Positions 20,783-21,376 of a stretch of 21,376 nt of DNA are shown here, piece by piece. Position 1 is the stretch's first letter; every line of letters starts with the position of its first letter. The notes under the pieces were generated by a model. It worked only from the letters and a program-made list of their open reading frames with translations. It was not told the origin of the DNA and searched no databases. Made by a program: the position numbers and the translations under genes. The stretch is from Trichinella spiralis (taxonomy: Eukaryota), in NCBI RefSeq assembly GCF_000181795.1, contig NW_003526947.1:383818-405193 (forward strand). Direction: 5' to 3'.

Positions 20783-21376
20783 CGCAATTTAATGCAACTA
20801 TCAAGCTCGAACTTTGATAAGAACTAAAGAACGCGGCATACAAGACGTAACTCATGCTTTAAAGTGTTTAAACAATTTGGCATTCAAACTTGTTTAAATG
20901 ACAGCATTGACTTCTTTAAAGTAACCTCATAATGTTAAATTATTTAGAGCAGAAGTTATTTTTAATTCAAATTTGATAATTGCAAAATTGAAACTGAACA
21001 CTTAATTGTGTATGGGAAATATTTTCTAATTGTTATTCAAATATTTTGCAGAGTTCATTTTCTCAATTTCCTCATCCATACATACTTCTTCAACCGCTGT
21101 ATTTGCATAAACTTGCCATGAAAGCATTCAAATTACTGTACTTTTTTTATTCCTCTTTTCTTACAATTTTATTCTATGCTTTAAATATCTAATGCATGGA
21201 TAAATCAATCATTTATCGTAAAATTGACCTTTACTACTTTACTCCTTTTCAAATACAACAAGTCCCCGTTTACTCAAATAACAAGTAAACTTCACGGTAG
21301 CGTATCTCGACAAAGAATATGTGGACGAACTTGAAATTTCAATTCTGCTAATCGTGGATCGGCCTTATGTACCCGG

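Noticed and set aside
20637..20855. Overlapping 72-aa minus ORF and 95-aa plus ORF (20530-20817)
   Set aside because: They overlap the 76-aa ORF, which has the clearer membrane protein structure; the frame cannot be settled without data.
21290..21376. GC-richer right edge, possible exon
   Set aside because: Open frames exist on both strands and the stretch is too short to assign.
1..21376. CRISPR arrays, rRNA, prokaryotic operons or defence systems
   Set aside because: The sequence is spliced eukaryotic DNA; no repeat-spacer array or rRNA signature was seen.

Overview
AT-rich eukaryotic genomic DNA with short (about 50-60 nt) GT-AG introns and TTTCAG-type acceptors. It is most likely a nematode draft scaffold (Trichinella-like, by inference) with three N gaps (11781-12086, 15459-15468, 19707-19716). 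The left half is conserved: an 11-exon LMBR1-domain gene (LMBRD2-like, 932-4139, +, 662 aa by my splicing), a 5-exon tetraspanin (TSPAN3-like, 5393-7091, +, 247 aa), and a convergent orphan gene for a Cys-rich single-pass membrane protein (7452-8039, -) with candidate upstream exons at 8.7-9.1 kb. The right half is accessory and rich in transposon relics: a deleted hAT (Buster/Charlie-type) element across the first gap, and an inverted duplication with about 1.3 kb arms (14709-16532 vs 18430-19706). The duplication carries two head-to-head, nearly identical copies of an orphan 137-aa membrane protein gene with TATA+Inr promoter and 5'UTR intron. A piggyBac-like MITE lies just upstream of each copy. 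The spacer holds a 101-bp inverted repeat and a FLYWCH relic. Another small orphan membrane protein ORF follows (20552-20782, -). The apparent third gene copy at 15469-16007 looks like an unmerged contig overlap.
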